Positions 12,716 to 27,279 of a stretch of DNA of 64,000 bases are shown piece by piece. Every line of letters begins with the position of its first letter. The stretch's first letter is position 1. This DNA is from Eledone cirrhosa (lineage: Eukaryota), in contig OZ024746.1 in NCBI GenBank assembly GCA_964016885.1, positions 24,242,001 through 24,306,000 on the forward strand, read 5' to 3'. The notes under the pieces are model-generated. The model searched no databases. It saw only the letters and a list, made by a program, of their open reading frames with translations, and was not told the origin of the DNA. A program made the position numbers and the translations under genes.

Positions 12716-13063
12716 GGAGGCACATGGCTTAGTGGTTAGAGCATTGGCCTTGCAATCGAAAGGTTGTGAGTTCAATTCTCAGACCGGGTGATGTGTTGTT
12801 TCCTTGAGCAAGACACTTTATTTCACATTGCTCCAGTTTACTCAGCTGTAGAAATGAGATGATAGGGACTGGGGTCCCTATCATTCCACTGCAAAGTGGT
12901 CGTGGAGGTGCCACTGCAAAAAAGCACCCAGCCCACACTGTAAATGAGGTTAGTGTTAGGAAGGGCATCCAGCTGTAGAAATCAAGCCACAATCAGTTCC
13001 CGTCCCACCCTTGCAAGCAGGGAAAAGCGGACGTAAAATGAAATGATGATGATGATGAAATGA
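12716..13063 (+). mobile_element. SINE family A, full length (tRNA head, CORE-like domain, RTE-derived tail, (ATG)n end)
   Basis: A box tggcttagtgg, B box gagttcaattc, ccttgagcaagacactt core; tail matches the RTE 3' end at ~27016-27075. Confidence 0.9.
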
Positions 13064-13982
13064 TATATGTATATTATATTATATTATATTATATTATACT
13101 ATATTATATTATATTATATTATATATTATATTATATTACATTATATATATATAATCATCATTTTACATCTATTGTCATTATGTGTTGTCATGTTCTGAGG
13201 CTAGACATGTCAGGTAACTGTGTCTCACTCCTTATGGGCATGGCGTCTATAGTTGCATGCCCATCCTAACACCAATCACTTCACACCATGTAATGGGTTC
13301 ATATTATCATGACATCCCCCACTACTACCTGCCTAGTTGGACTAGATGTATTTATTGTGTCACCAGCATTACTACTTTACCGGTGTAAAGTACCATCATC
13401 ATCATCATCATCATTTTATGCACATTTGCTAAAGAGAAACCTTTTCTTATCAACAGAGGTAATAGCACCCTGAACTTTTTCTACCTTCTTCTCATCTCAG
13501 TTACTATATTCTCAGTGCAACCTCCCCCACCACTTATTATATCATCGAAGTAGCAGATGTCAACCACTTCTATGGATCTTTCCTGCAAATGGAAAAATGT
13601 ATTGTATTGATGCTTTTACTACCAATTATCTCTGCACATCTGCCACACACAAAGTCTACTTTACAGTATAACAGGCATACCTACATACATACATATATAC
13701 AAATACATACATACATATAAATATTCATACATGCATACACATATATACACACATACATTCATACATACAAACATTCATATATACATACATATACAAATAC
13801 ATACATACATACAGACGCACAAACATTCATATATACATACATATACAAATACATACATAGAAAAATACACATATACAGACTCTCATACACACATATATAT
13901 ATATACAAACATTCCTATATACATACGTATACAAATACATACATACACAAATACACATATACAGACACACACATATATATTA

Positions 13983-14034
<52 letters not shown>

Positions 14035-14223
14035 GTAGAGAATAGAGATGTTTAACGATGTCATAACAACGGAATATCGACATATCAGAGGCAGAAGAGG
14101 TCTTCAGATGAATCCTTACTGATGAAATAAAACCAATAATATCCACCACATACTATATTATCAGCTTATAATGAAGTTTGACTGAAAGAGGAGAGAAAAG
14201 CTGTTAAATATCAGTTTACAGCT

Positions 14224-14408
14224 AATAATTGTTTCTACGTTAGGCACAAGGTCAGCAATTACCCAGTGCATTACTGGTACTTTATTTTATCGACCCCGTA
14301 AGGATGAAAGGCAAAGTCAACCTCGGCGGGATTTGAACTCAGATCGTAAAGGGACGTAACTATGCTGGAAAGCATGGCGTCCGACCCTCTACCGATACTG
14401 CCAATCCA
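14224..14408 (-). mobile_element. SINE family B
   Basis: Homologous to 9268-9460; TSD acagctaataat. Confidence 0.85.
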
Positions 14409-14438
14409 ACAGCTAATAATATTACTCATTATTACAGA

Positions 14439-14600
14439 TCGGACGCCATGCTTTGCAGCAAAGAGTTACGGCCCTTTATGATCTGAGTTCAAATCCCGCT
14501 GAGGTTAACTTTGCCTTTCATCCTTACGGGGTCGATAAAATAAAGTACCAGTAATGTACTTGGTAATTTGCTGGCCTTGTGCCAAAAGTAGAAACAATTA
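14439..14600 (+). mobile_element. SINE family B, 5'-truncated
   Basis: Homologous to 9268-9460; TSD attattacaga. Confidence 0.85.
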
Positions 14601-15427
14601 TTACAGAAGCCCAAAACAATATCTGATGGAATAGCAACACTACCTATCAATATTAACATATTTCATACCAAACCCACTAAAACTGTCCCTTGTTTTACAA
14701 TACTCAGCTGTTCATTTTCTAGTGTTTATATTTATATAAAGGCAGTGAATTGGCAGTATATTGGCAGAGTAGTTAGAACAATGCTTTGCAATATTTATTC
14801 CAACTCTCTGCTCTCTCAGTTCAAATTCTGCTGAGGTCAACTTTGCCTTTCATTCATTTAAGGTCAATAAAAAAAGTACCAGTCTGGTACTGGAGTTTAT
14901 TTTCCCCCCTCATATCTCTTTCTCATTTCCTTTCTCTCACTCTCTATCCTTCTTTGGAAGAAATCTGCTGTATTCTGATGTGGAGAGGAGTTGGGCTTTC
15001 CCAGGTTCAAAAACATACCCTAGAAATGCTGTATATCAATATATACATACATACATATTTATATATAAACCTTCCATCACAATTTTATGAAAGAACCTTT
15101 GTTAAGTTATGTTTCAAACACCAGCATAATAATGAGCTGGTTAATTATAAGAAAATAATTCTTGATTTTTTTTCTAAATTATTTGAAAATCATAGGCAGT
15201 GTCTTTCATTAGACATCATCATCATCATCATCATCATCAGGTTTAGCGTCCGTGTTCCACGCTTGCATGGGTTTGGACGGACATGTAGTAACAAAAGGGT
15301 TAAAGTGTTTATATTTATCTAAAACCTTTCTCTGAAGAGAAAGACTGAGAAAAGATTTAACATTGCCTTTATATAAAAAAGATTCCACAGAAACTACTGT
15401 TAGATATATGGTAATGAAAGGGTTAAT

Positions 15428-15645
15428 AATGGTTTCTGATTTAGGCACAAGGCCAACAATTTTGGGAGAGAGGAAAGTCGATTAAATCGACCCCAGTGCA
15501 TTACTGGTACTTTATTTTATCGCCCCCATAAGGATGAAAAGCAAAGCTAACCTCGGTGGGATTTGAATTCAGAATGTAAAGAGACACAACCATATGCTGC
15601 AAAGCATGTTGTCCAATGTTCTATCAATACTGCCAATCCACTACC
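15428..15645 (-). mobile_element. SINE family B variant
   Basis: Same central domain and tail, inverted. Confidence 0.75.
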
Positions 15646-15928
15646 CTACTGAAAGGGTTAATATTCTTTATTCTCTCAAGAACAGAAAACTATATCATTA
15701 ACATGTCATATCTAATGAAATAACATTACCTACCTCTCATAATGTTTATAGCTAATAATATTCCCTATTGTTTCAATGAGAGAAGTCCGAAGAACAAAGC
15801 AGTAATGTATCGTGTCTAATGTTTGCATTGAAGTAGCTTTTATTACAGAGAAGCTGCTTCAATTGAGATGTTAAGATGAGAGTCATGTCTATAAAATTTT
15901 ATAGCATGTAGTTATAGCTAAATTTCTT

Positions 15929-16329
15929 TAATCCTTTTGATACCAATCTGGCCAAAACCAGCTATACTTTTATGAAACAAAACAACATAATCTATAAGGA
16001 TTTCTATTTGAGTTAAAATCTTCTGACATAATTTTATATAAAAACCATGTTAAATTACTATGTTAGTAATGAAATGATTAATGATTTTAGTAAATCCCTC
16101 AAAATTCTCCTTTAACTGAAAAGGGTATATTTCATTAAAAATATCATCACAAAATTGTTAATATAGAAGCCACACAATATACACAGGATCAATTTGTTCG
16201 TGATGAGAGGCATTCATGATCTGAGGTTCCACTTTATTATTAAATCTCTTGAAATTCTTGATTATTTTCAAAATGGTTTGAAAATCATAGACTGTGTTTC
16301 TCATTAGAAATATGGTAATGAAAGGGTTA
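15929..16329. mobile_element. Degenerate TTAA/piggyBac-type non-autonomous element family
   Basis: ttaatccttttgatacc ... atatggtaatgaaagggtta termini; related pieces near 11250, 15090, 32445, 58340, 60837 and 63210. Confidence 0.5.
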
Positions 16330-17265
16330 TGTAACACAATAAGATATCTGAAGAGAAGACTGGGAGAAGGTTTAGTATTGTTTCAGTATATGCCTTGATA
16401 TGGAACAATGCCACAAAGATTACCAGCTGGTATATATATATATAGCTGCCCAATTATTCTACAGTAAACATACATAGCTGTGTGTATATACAATGAAGAA
16501 ATAAATTTAATGTAAACAGTTACATCAATATATAAATACTTGCACATACACATACATGCACACATATATACACATACACATGAATACATATACAAACACA
16601 TTCATAACACACACATATATACATATAAGCATTCAAATATTAACAGAATCAATACACATACGTATTTGTGTGATTGAGTGAGTTTGCATGTGTACATATG
16701 CATGTGCACCTATGTGTTTCAAAAATAGTTTGAATAGACAGGAAATGCAAATAAGAAAAACATGAAGAATGTCATAAAATTTTAGATTCTTTTAAAGAGG
16801 TAAACATTGAAAGAGTCTCAAAGAAAGACATAGTAGAGGTTGAATGTTGAAGAATGAAATAGTTTGAGACAGAATAGAGAATAATGTTAGGACTGGGAAA
16901 CCATGAGATAGAATAAAGAACTGAGGGACACTGTGTGGTGTATGTATCTAAATGTCTATGTTTATGTGTGTGTGTGTGTCTAAATGTCTGCGTTTGTGTG
17001 TGTGTCTAAATATATGTGTGCCCCAAATGCGTGTGTGCATATAAATATGCGTGTCTGTGTGTCTAAATGACTGTGTGTGTGTGTGTGTGTGTGTGAGAGA
17101 TAGATTATCATCATTTAACGTCTGCTTTCCATGCTGGCATGGGTTGGTTTGGTTTGTCAGGTTCTAAGCCTGTTTGGGGACCCATGTACACGTGTGTGTG
17201 TGTGTACTGCATCAAATTGTAAAAAATGGACAAGAATGAGAGAATGTAGAGAAATAGTATTGAAT

Positions 17266-17372
17266 GAAATAAGTTCTTGTAATATACTTTAGAAATAAGT
17301 TCTTGTAATATACTTTAGAAATAAGTTCTTGTAATATACTTTAGAAATAAGTTTTGGTAATATACTTTAGAA
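17266..17372. repeat. 26-bp tandem repeat x4
   Basis: Unit gaaataagttcttgtaatatacttta. Confidence 0.9.
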
Positions 17373-18359
17373 AATATAAGTCCTTGTATATCATTTGCAC
17401 TTCCTAGCACATTCCAGTAGAAAAGCTAACAATTTATAAATGTATTGTTTACAATATTCTTTGAAAGAAGTGAATACTACCATCTTTGATTTGTATAATA
17501 TACTGACTGTTCCAGAGGACATCGGTGTCATAAGCCATTAATTATAGGTTTTCACACTATTTACTGTGCTTACAACATTAGCAAGAGACAAGCAGAAAGT
17601 TGTCTATTCCTGTTATTCTTACTGGTGTGTGGCTTAGTAGTAAGGGTATTCAGGTCACAATTGCAAGGCTGTGAGTTCAATTCCCAGTGGTGTATTAAGC
17701 CCTTGAGCAAAACAACTTCACGTTGCTCCAGTGCACTCAACTGCAGAAAAATAATTGTACTTGTAATTCAAAGGGCCAGCCTTGTCACATTCTGTGCTAC
17801 GTTAAATCTCCCTGAGAACGACATTAAAGGTAAACATGTTTGTGGAATGTTCACCCACTTGCCTGTTAATTTCATGAGCAGTCTGTTCCATTGATAGAAT
17901 CAACTGGAACCCTAGTTGTTGAAACCAATGGAGCTCCAACACTAGAACACTTGTTTTACAGAAGAAATTGGTTATGTTAGGTATCTCTCCCAGCTTTTAA
18001 CAACATTGACATAACTGAAGCATCTTCACAACCTTTTGTTTGTCAAGTTTTGTATCACCAACCACTTTGCAGCACATACAGGGTGTATTTATTATGTAAA
18101 TCACCAACACAAGAGAGGTTTTCATGTCGTTAAGACACACACACACACACACACACATATTTATCATCATCATCATCATCATTTAACATCCATTTTCTAC
18201 GCTAGCATGGGTTAGTCAGGTTGTCTCATTTGAGGCAAGATGGGTCAGGTGACCATGTCTTGATCATATAGAACTGTTTCTGGCTTGGTTTCTATGGCTG
18301 GATGCCCTTCATAACGCCAACCACATTTACAGTGTGTGCTGTATATATATATATATACC

Positions 18360-18560
18360 TTTATTTTATCAAAGAGATTACTTCTATAGACCTGGTACTG
18401 TTTCATTCATGAGAAATCCTGATAATTTCTTATGAATGAAACAGTTCTAGCCCTTTAGAAGTATTTCTATAATAAAATAAAGAAGCCTATACTCAACTAA
18501 CATACTGAGTACCTTTTTGAACTGTGGTTACCTCCTAATATACATCGGGAATCCACCTAT
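18360..18560 (+). mobile_element. Older fold-back PLE-like cassette with HHR 3' half
   Basis: Imperfect palindrome 18360-18481 centred near 18421; atgaatGAAAcagttctag as in 6470-6622; tail atactgagtac..tgtggttacctcc. Confidence 0.6.
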
Positions 18561-19284
18561 TGGAACTGGAGCAACATGAAATAAAGTGTGTTGCTCAAGA
18601 ACACAACGCAGTTCTCTGTCCAGTAAGTAATCGAACTTGGCTACATTATGATCATACGCAAGCATCCTAACTATTAGGCCATACAGCTTCACGGCTTTAG
18701 GTGGGCTGATGTCAAAAAATTAGGAAGAACACCATCTGCCTGAGAATTCCTCCAGACTTAAGTAAAAATGAAATGTAGTGCTCACCCCACTCTCTCTCAC
18801 TTATACTCACATCACACACATTAAATGTCCAAGCCTTTACTGTAAAATCAATCTACTTCACTCAGCAAAATCTAGAAATTCTGTGTCATTGTTATTGGGC
18901 CATTCAGAATTCAATTCTCTGAAAACTCAGAATATTTATTTAGCTTTTGACTCCTTTAGCTGTTTATTGTTGACTTTTAAAGTGGTTTTAGAAATATTTA
19001 ATGGTGGAACAAGAAAGGAGAACAGCTGTACATCTGATAAAACCATACAAAGAACAATTTTCCAATGATCATACACACAGTTTCAGGAAACCAAGAATAA
19101 TTTCTGACAAGATAAATTGATTTATATAAATTATTATGCATATCTAAATATGTACGATTTAATTGATACAAACACACACACACACACACAGCTAAATATA
19201 TACAATTCAATTAGACACATTCACATATGCACACACACTCTTGCAAGCATCGAAAATAAATGTTTAAACTGTGGTTACCGTATG

Positions 19285-19335
<51 letters not shown>

Positions 19336-19885
19336 TATATATATATATATACATACATACACATACATATATATATACACACACACACACACACGCACAC
19401 ACATGCATTATATACTGTTGAATGTATAAACTCACACACACATATATATACACACAAACACACACCTTTCAATAAAACAATAGAAATAAGTCTCTTATAA
19501 GGAAACAAAGGACAGAGAGAACTCTTCAGGTGTACCAAGGACATGACAACCTCCAAGTGCTGGTGCTGAAATTGAATTCACCCAATACACTAGGTAAAGT
19601 AGTTGGTGATAGGAAGGACATCCAGCTGTAGAAACCATGCTAAAACCAAAACATATGTAAAAAAGATGTGTCCATTAGTCCATCTGGGAGGACAGTAGCT
19701 CTGATTCAGTATTGACTTGGTCCGAGATCACTTGTCCCGCATGGAGAAATAAACATTAAATGACAATGATGATGATGATAAACGTAGAAACAGACTACAT
19801 AGCTAACGAAAGATCTCCAACCTTTTCAGGAGAGAAGGAACATAATTGAATTGATTATTACTAATATACCAATGAATCATATTTA

Positions 19886-19942
<57 letters not shown>

Positions 19943-20069
19943 TCTGTCATGTCATTGGTGTAATATTTCACTGAAGGCTACCAAATACAGCAATACATAT
20001 TGGTAATAAGTCATAATAAACTTTAGTTCTGGCATATTCTAGCCAGATTTAAAGTATTGTGATATTCAT

Positions 20070-21660
20070 CATGATGACGGCGGCGGTGGCGGTGGTGGTG
20101 GTGGGGGGGGGATGATGATAATGATGGTGGTGGTAATGGTGGTGATGGTGATGATGATAATGATAGTGGTGGTGGTGGTGGTGGTGGTGGTGATGGTAAT
20201 AATGATGGCAACGACGATAAGGATAATAGTGATAGTGGTCTTGGTGATGATGATGATGATGATGATGATGATGACAATGATGTTGATGATGGTAATGATG
20301 CTGATGCTAATGGTACTGTTTATCTTGGTGGTGGTGGTGTTGGTGTGGTTGTGATAATGATGGTCATAATAATGGCAATGCTTACAATGACGTTTGCACC
20401 AATGACGAGGATAATGATGATGATAGTGTTGGTGGTGATGATGATGGGGATGGTGGTGGTGGTGGTGGTGGTGATGGTGATGGTGGTGGTGGTGATGATG
20501 ATAGTGATGGTGGTGGTGATGCTGATGATAGTGATGGTGGTGATGATGATGGTGATGGTGGTGGTGGTGGTGATGATGATGATGGTGATGGTGGTGATGA
20601 TGATGGTGATGGTGGTGGTGGTGGTGATGATGATGATGGTGATGGTGGTGGTGGTGATGGTGATGGTAGTGATGGTGGTGGTGATGCTGATGATAGTGAT
20701 GGTGGTGGTGATGCTGATGATAGTGATGGTGGTGGTGATGCTGATGATAGTGTTGGTGGTGATGATGATGGGGATGGTGGTGGTGGTGGTGATGATGATG
20801 ATAGTGATGGTGGTGATGATGATGGTGATGGTGGTGGTGGTGATGATGATGATGATGGTGATGGTGGTGGTGGTGATGATGATAGTGATGGTGGTGGTGA
20901 TGCTGATGATAGTGATGGTGGTGGTGGTGATGATGATGATAGTGATGGTGGTGGTGGTGATGATGATAGTGATGGTGGTGGTGGTGATGCTGATGATAGT
21001 GATGGTGGTGGTGGTGATGATGATAGTGATGGTGGTGGTGGTGATGATGATAGTGATGGTGGTGGTGGTGGTGGTGGTGATGATGATGGTGATTTTATTG
21101 AACATGGAAGGATGATAGGAAAAGTTGACCTCGGTGGGGGTTATGATGGTGATGATGATGTTGATGATGGTGGTGATGGTGACGATGATGGTGATGATGA
21201 TGGTGGTGGTGACGATGATGGTGATGATGAATAATGACGTTATTTAGATATGTTCCAAGTATTATTACGATACATAAATTTATTTGCAGCCAGCAGATTC
21301 TTGAGTGAAGGAGAGAAGGGAAATGTTTAGAATTGGCAAGGTAAATCATTATCATTGCAATCAGCACAATCACCACCATAATCATCATCACCAACATCAT
21401 CGGCACCACCATCGTCACCACCACCATCATTATCAACACCATCACCATTATTATCATCATTATCCTCCCTTTCATCCTTACAGGGTCGATAAACTAAAGT
21501 ACCAGCAATGCACTCGGTAATTGCTGGCCTTGTGCCAAAAGTAGAAATAATTATCCTCATGACCACCACCACCACCATCATTACCATCACAATTACCATC
21601 ATCATCACTACCATCATTACCATTGCTATCACTACCATCATCATTCCAATCATCATCATT
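20070..21660. repeat. (GAT/GGT)n and (CAT/CAC)n low-complexity tracts, with SINE B fragments
   Basis: Trinucleotide mosaic; SINE B pieces at ~21100-21140 and 21468-21553. Confidence 0.85.
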
Positions 21661-22101
21661 ATTTACATTGAATTAATGTTGTAAACAATCACATTAAATA
21701 AACATAAAATAGTTAGAGATGTTATTTTTACACTTAGAAACCGACATTTAATTATATAACATATGTAGGTGGCACCAGAGCATTGACCAAAATTCCTGGC
21801 AGTATTTGTTTTGGCTCTATGTTCTGAGTTCAAATTTTATTGTTGTCAACATTGCCTTTAATCCTTCTGGAATCAATAAAATAATGTACCAGTAATGCAA
21901 TGGTGTCAAGATAATCGATTTTTCCCCTTCGCCCTTCAAATTGCTGATCTTTTGCCTAAATTAGAAATATTATCACAGACAGACAGTGGATAGGTAGAAT
22001 TGTTAGAGCATATCAGATAAAGTGTTAGACAAAATGCATTGAGGACAAGTAAGCAGGCAACTAGGGTGTAGATCTCAGAGAGGTACATTACTGAACCTTA
22101 A

Positions 22102-22320
22102 CCCTTTAGCATTTAAACAGGTTGTATCCGGCCAGAATTCTCTCACCCCTTTCTGTTCAAACTAGTTGTAACCAGCTGTCCATACAGACAGTAAGGTATT
22201 GTTCTCAAAATAAATAATGTCAAAATCTTGTAGATTCAATATTATGTGAGATAATTATGAGATAAAGCCTTTACCATGAAAATATAATAGTATATATAGA
22301 GTAATGTAAATGCTAAAGGG
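22102..22320. mobile_element. piggyBac-type MITE
   Basis: TTAA on both sides; TIR ccctttagcatt/aatgctaaaggg; second copy 57773-57990, partial copy ~11381-11490. Confidence 0.8.
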
Positions 22321-23265
22321 TTAAAGGATCATCATTTTATTTATATAACTAAATATATCATTTCTTATGATCAATAAATAAATTGTTAAACATCTTTACT
22401 ACATAGCAGCATTGTGGAAATATTAAAAATGGTGAAGAGGATTGTGCGGTTTTATAACTTGTCACATGACTTGGTGTCAGTGAATGTGGACTGTATAGTA
22501 GAGAATGTAAGCTTCGTAATTTTCCTTGTGGAGTCATAGCAAGAAGTGTCAAAAACTGTTTTTTCAATTATTTTATTTGAGAAAATGGGGATGCAGGGAA
22601 GAGGACATTGTAGGGCTAACCTAGAGCCCTAAATATGCAAGTGCTAGCTCTGTAGATATATATCACTGTAAATATATATCACTGCAAATATATATCAGAT
22701 AAACTCTACAGAATCTACATTGAATCACTGCCAATTATTGCAGTGGTTTTCCTGTGTATGTATATATAGATGATCTGGATATAGGAATGTGTATGTAGAG
22801 GATTATCTAGATATAGGAATGTTTATATAGAGGCAAATCTGGATATAGGAATGTATATGTAGAGAGTATGATCTGGATATAGGAATTCATCATCATCATT
22901 GTTTTAATGTCTGCTTTCCTTACTAGCAAGGGTTGGGTGGGTTAGGGTTACGTGGGTCTGCATAAATCAAGTCAGTACAGAAGCGGGATTACTGACCTCC
23001 CAGACAGGCCATGATGTCTGCATCATGTTTATGTATGGTCTCATGTTCCACCGAGTGCACAGGGGAGGTTGTCATGTCTTTGTCACAACTGAAGGGTTCT
23101 TCTAACCCTTTGTTTGGCAAGCTTTCTACAGCTGTCTACATTATTATATATTCCAGTCTACATTATTATATATTCCAGTAAACTGTTACATGATCAATTT
23201 TTAATAGATATATGTGCTGAATAAGACCCGTCCCACCCTTGCAAGCAGGGAAAAGCGGACGTAAA

Positions 23266-23300
<35 letters not shown>

Positions 23301-23644
23301 ATTCAAACTCTACAGAAGCTATAGAATCTACACAGAATTGCTGCTAATTATTGCAGTAGTTGTTCTGTGTATAGGTCATGATATTTTTTAATGTAAACTA
23401 TCTATATTATTTGTGGCAAATTGGCAGTCATTACAATATTAGAGAGAATACTTTGTGGTATTTATTTCAGCTCACTGTGTTCAAATCCTGCCGAGGTCAA
23501 CTTTACCTTTCATCCATTCATGGTCGATAAAAAAATTACCTGTCTGGTACCAGAGTCAATTCTTCCTCTATGTCTCTTTCGCACTTCCATTCTCTCACTC
23601 CTATCCTTCTCTGGAAGAAATCTGCTGTATACACATATATATAT

Positions 23645-23677
<33 letters not shown>

Positions 23678-24319
23678 ATTTGTGGAGGGATAGGGGAGTG
23701 GTTCTATTTCTGGACTAACCAGCAAGAAATTTGATCGTTAAAACACGGCTCCCCCCCCCCCCCTCTCCCCTAAAAAAAAAAGAAAAACTGCCTGGAGTGT
23801 TACCTGGCAGGAGACCATCTAACACTACATAGGTGGGAGCTGTAACAACTACAACACTGAAAACAGTAGCTTTAATCAACTATTGGTACCTGATTAAGTA
23901 AGAGTCAATCAACTCTTAATTATCACATTTGCATGTGATAAATATACATTGAACTGATTGATAATTACCTAATTATGATATCTAATTAAGGTGTGTAATA
24001 GAAGATCAAATAGTTATAATTACACTAACATATTGAAGTAATTCATCTGATCATGATTTGATTATATTGAATAGTCTGAAGTAGCTGGTAAGTATCGTTG
24101 AGTGTTTAAGGGGTTTGCTTTGTAACTGCATGGTTTGGGGTTCAGTCCTACCATGTGCCACCTTCAGCAGGAGACTTGAACAGGTTGACCTATGCCTTGT
24201 GATTGAAATTAAATAGAGGGAAACACCAAATAATCTCTCATCACTTTCATCCAGGTCTACCTTGGTCTTCCTCTACTGCAGCTTCATTCCACTGAGATTA
24301 CTTGGCACTTCATCCAGCA

Positions 24320-24377
24320 TTTATATATGTGTGTGTGTGTGTATATATATACATATATATATACGTATATACATATG

Positions 24378-24447
<70 letters not shown>

Positions 24448-24534
24448 CGTATATACATATATATATATGTATATATATACATATATATACATATATATAT
24501 ATATAAGTATATACATATATATATAAGTATATAC

Positions 24535-24583
<49 letters not shown>

Positions 24584-25429
24584 CATCATCATCATCATCA
24601 TCATTTTACGTCCGCTTTTCCCTGCTTGCAAAGTATATACATATATATATATAAGTATATACATATATATATATATAAGTATATACATATATATATATAT
24701 AAGTATATACATATATATATATATAAGTATATACATATATATATATATAAGTATATACATATATATATATATATATATAAGTATATACATATATATATAA
24801 GTATATACATATATATATAAGTATATACATATATATATATAAGTATATACATATATATAAGTATATACATATATATATATAAGTATATACATATATATAT
24901 ATAAGTATATACATATATATATATAAGTATATACATATATATATAAAACTATATACATATATATACATATACATATATATATATACATATATATATATAC
25001 ATATATATATACATATATATATATATACATATATATATACATATATATATACATATATAAGTTGAAAAAAATGAAAATGAAATTTCATTTCTCACTCTTA
25101 GTATGGCACTTACTTAAATGTAAGTATGTATGTATACGTACATACATATATGTATACGTCTGTAAACATATACGTCTGTATACATATACGTCTGTATACA
25201 TATACGTCTGTATACATATATGTATGTACGTATACATACATACTTACATATACATATATATATATACATATATATATACATATATATATATACATATATA
25301 TACATATATATATATATAAGTATATACATATATATATATAAGTATATACATATATATATATAAGTATATACATCATCATCATCATCATCATCATCGTTTA
25401 ACGCCCATTTTCCACGCTAGCATGGATAC

Positions 25430-25474
<45 letters not shown>

Positions 25475-25625
25475 TATATACATACATATATATATACATA
25501 TATATACATATATATATACATATATATATATATACATACATATATATATATATACATATATACATATATATATCTATATACATATATATATACATATATA
25601 TATATACATATATACATATATATAT
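24320..25625. repeat. ~1.3 kb complex (TA)n/(TATACA)n microsatellite with embedded retroposon tail fragments
   Basis: Recurrent ataagtatatac motif; tail-only inserts at ~24585-24631 and ~25371-25428. Confidence 0.9.
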
Positions 25626-25874
25626 GGAGGCACATGGCTTAGTGGTTAGAGCATTGGGCTTGCAATCGAAAGTTCAATTCTCAGACCGGGTGATGTGTTG
25701 TTTCCTTGAGCAAGACACTTTATTTCACGTTGCTCCAGTTTACTCAGCTGTAGAAATGAGTACCAGCCTGCTCACCCAGCCAGTGGGATGGCGTTATCTT
25801 ATGGCTAAAACAGCACGACGTGCTGTGAGCAGCGGCGCCGATTGCCGCCCGACAGATTGGTCAATCAAGGTGAT
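25626..25874 (+). mobile_element. SINE with family A head/core but a different 3' module
   Basis: Matches family A up to ..gtagaaatgag, then a GC-rich unrelated tail. Confidence 0.7.
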
Positions 25875-26237
25875 ATACACACACACACATAGGTCAGTGG
25901 GTGTAAAATAGTGATGATAATGGGTGTGCATGACCATTTCTTTGTTTTTGTTCCATAAATTTGCAGTTCAACAAAAAACAAAAAAAAAGAAATTAGCAAA
26001 TTAGGTACCAGATTTGGGTTTGACATGCTTAACTAAAATCCCTCTAAGGTGGTGCTCCAGCATGGCCACAGTCTGACTGAAACCGGTAAAAGAATAGTTT
26101 CAGTCACCAGGCCCATAATAAAATCTTAACTCAAGAAACCCAAAATAATATTATTGAATTCAGATCAAATAGACAGAATTTAGAATTTCTTAAAGCCAAG
26201 GTACTGTAGCAAGTTTATATATTATAAATATATACAT

Positions 26238-26586
26238 GGAGGCACATGGCTTAGTGGTTAGAGCATTGGCCTTGCAATCGAAAGGTTGTGAGTTCAATTC
26301 TCAGACCGGGTGATGTGTTGTTTCCTTGAGCAAGACACTTTATTTCACATTGCTCCAGTTTACTCAGCTGTAGAAATGAGATGATAGGGACTGGGGTCCC
26401 TATCATTCCACTGCAAAGTGGTCGTGGAGGTGCCACGGCAAAAAAGCACCCAGCACTCACTGTAAATGAGGTTGGTGTTAGGAAGGGCATCCAGCTGTAG
26501 AAATCAAGCCAGAATCAGTTCCTGTCCCACCCTTGCAAGCAGGGAAAAAGCAGACGTAAAATGAAATGATGAAATGATGAAATGAT
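26238..26586 (+). mobile_element. SINE family A, full length
   Basis: Near-identical to 12716-13063. Confidence 0.9.
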
Positions 26587-26824
26587 ACATATAATCTGGC
26601 CAAAGTTGGTTTTCAAATCTAAGAATTTACATTTAGAAACAGAGATTATGTCCAGGTTGAATTCCAGTTGTCTTGTGTATAGGAATAGCCTAAAATCGGT
26701 ATATATATGTGTGTGCGTGTGTGTTTATGTGTATATATATATATGCCATAGTAGTAGGTTCTGCATTACAGTAGAATTTGTGACAACAGCCACTCTACAC
26801 CATTGTTATATACATACATTATAT

Positions 26825-27077
26825 GAACATGTGTGCACATGGAGGATGACCGCTGGATAAAGAAGTGCCAAGAAATCCCAGTAGAAGGAAGATGCATTAG
26901 AGGAAGACCATGAAAAACATGGGCGGAGGTGGTGAGAGCAGACCTCAGATCGCTGAAACTCACCGAGGAGATGACGAAGGACCGTGACAAGTGGAGAGAT
27001 GCTGTGTTGAATAGGACCCGTCCAACCCTTGCAAGCAGGGAAAAGCGGACGTAAAATGATGATGATGATGATGATGA
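26825..27077 (+). mobile_element. RTE LINE 3' end (SINE A partner tail)
   Basis: Translates to ..EDDRWIKKCQEIPVEGRCIRGRP*KTWAEVVRADL..KDRDKWRDAV; ends ccttgcaagcagggaaaagcggacgtaaaa(tga)n. Confidence 0.85.
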
Positions 27078-27198
27078 TATATATACGTACAGAGAGAGAG
27101 AGGTTGCAGAGTTAAGAGCGGTGAGACCATAATCATTGGAGTACGCAATGCATGGGTTGATGCGGTTGAGATTTTATCTCTCTTTCTCTCTCTCTGTA

Positions 27199-27279
<81 letters not shown>

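Noticed and set aside
12716-12790. tRNA gene
   Set aside because: It is a tRNA-derived SINE head continuing into core and tail; no proper acceptor stem is evident.
12729-12992. Recurrent 70-90-aa ORF (..[24 protein letters not shown]..) suggesting a multigene family
   Set aside because: It is the antisense translation of SINE family A.
14061-14111. Possible minus-strand hammerhead (tcat-CTGAAGA..GATA..tt-atga)
   Set aside because: GAAA is mutated and there is no stem III pairing; too degenerate to call.
20112-21659. Long Met/Val, Ile/Thr and poly-His ORFs (also 49418-50565 and 24262-25649)
   Set aside because: Translations of simple-sequence tracts.
22358-22567. 69-aa non-repetitive ORF; likewise the unique-looking stretch at 32700-33100
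   Set aside because: No recognisable domain or convincing splice signals; cannot be supported without transcript data.
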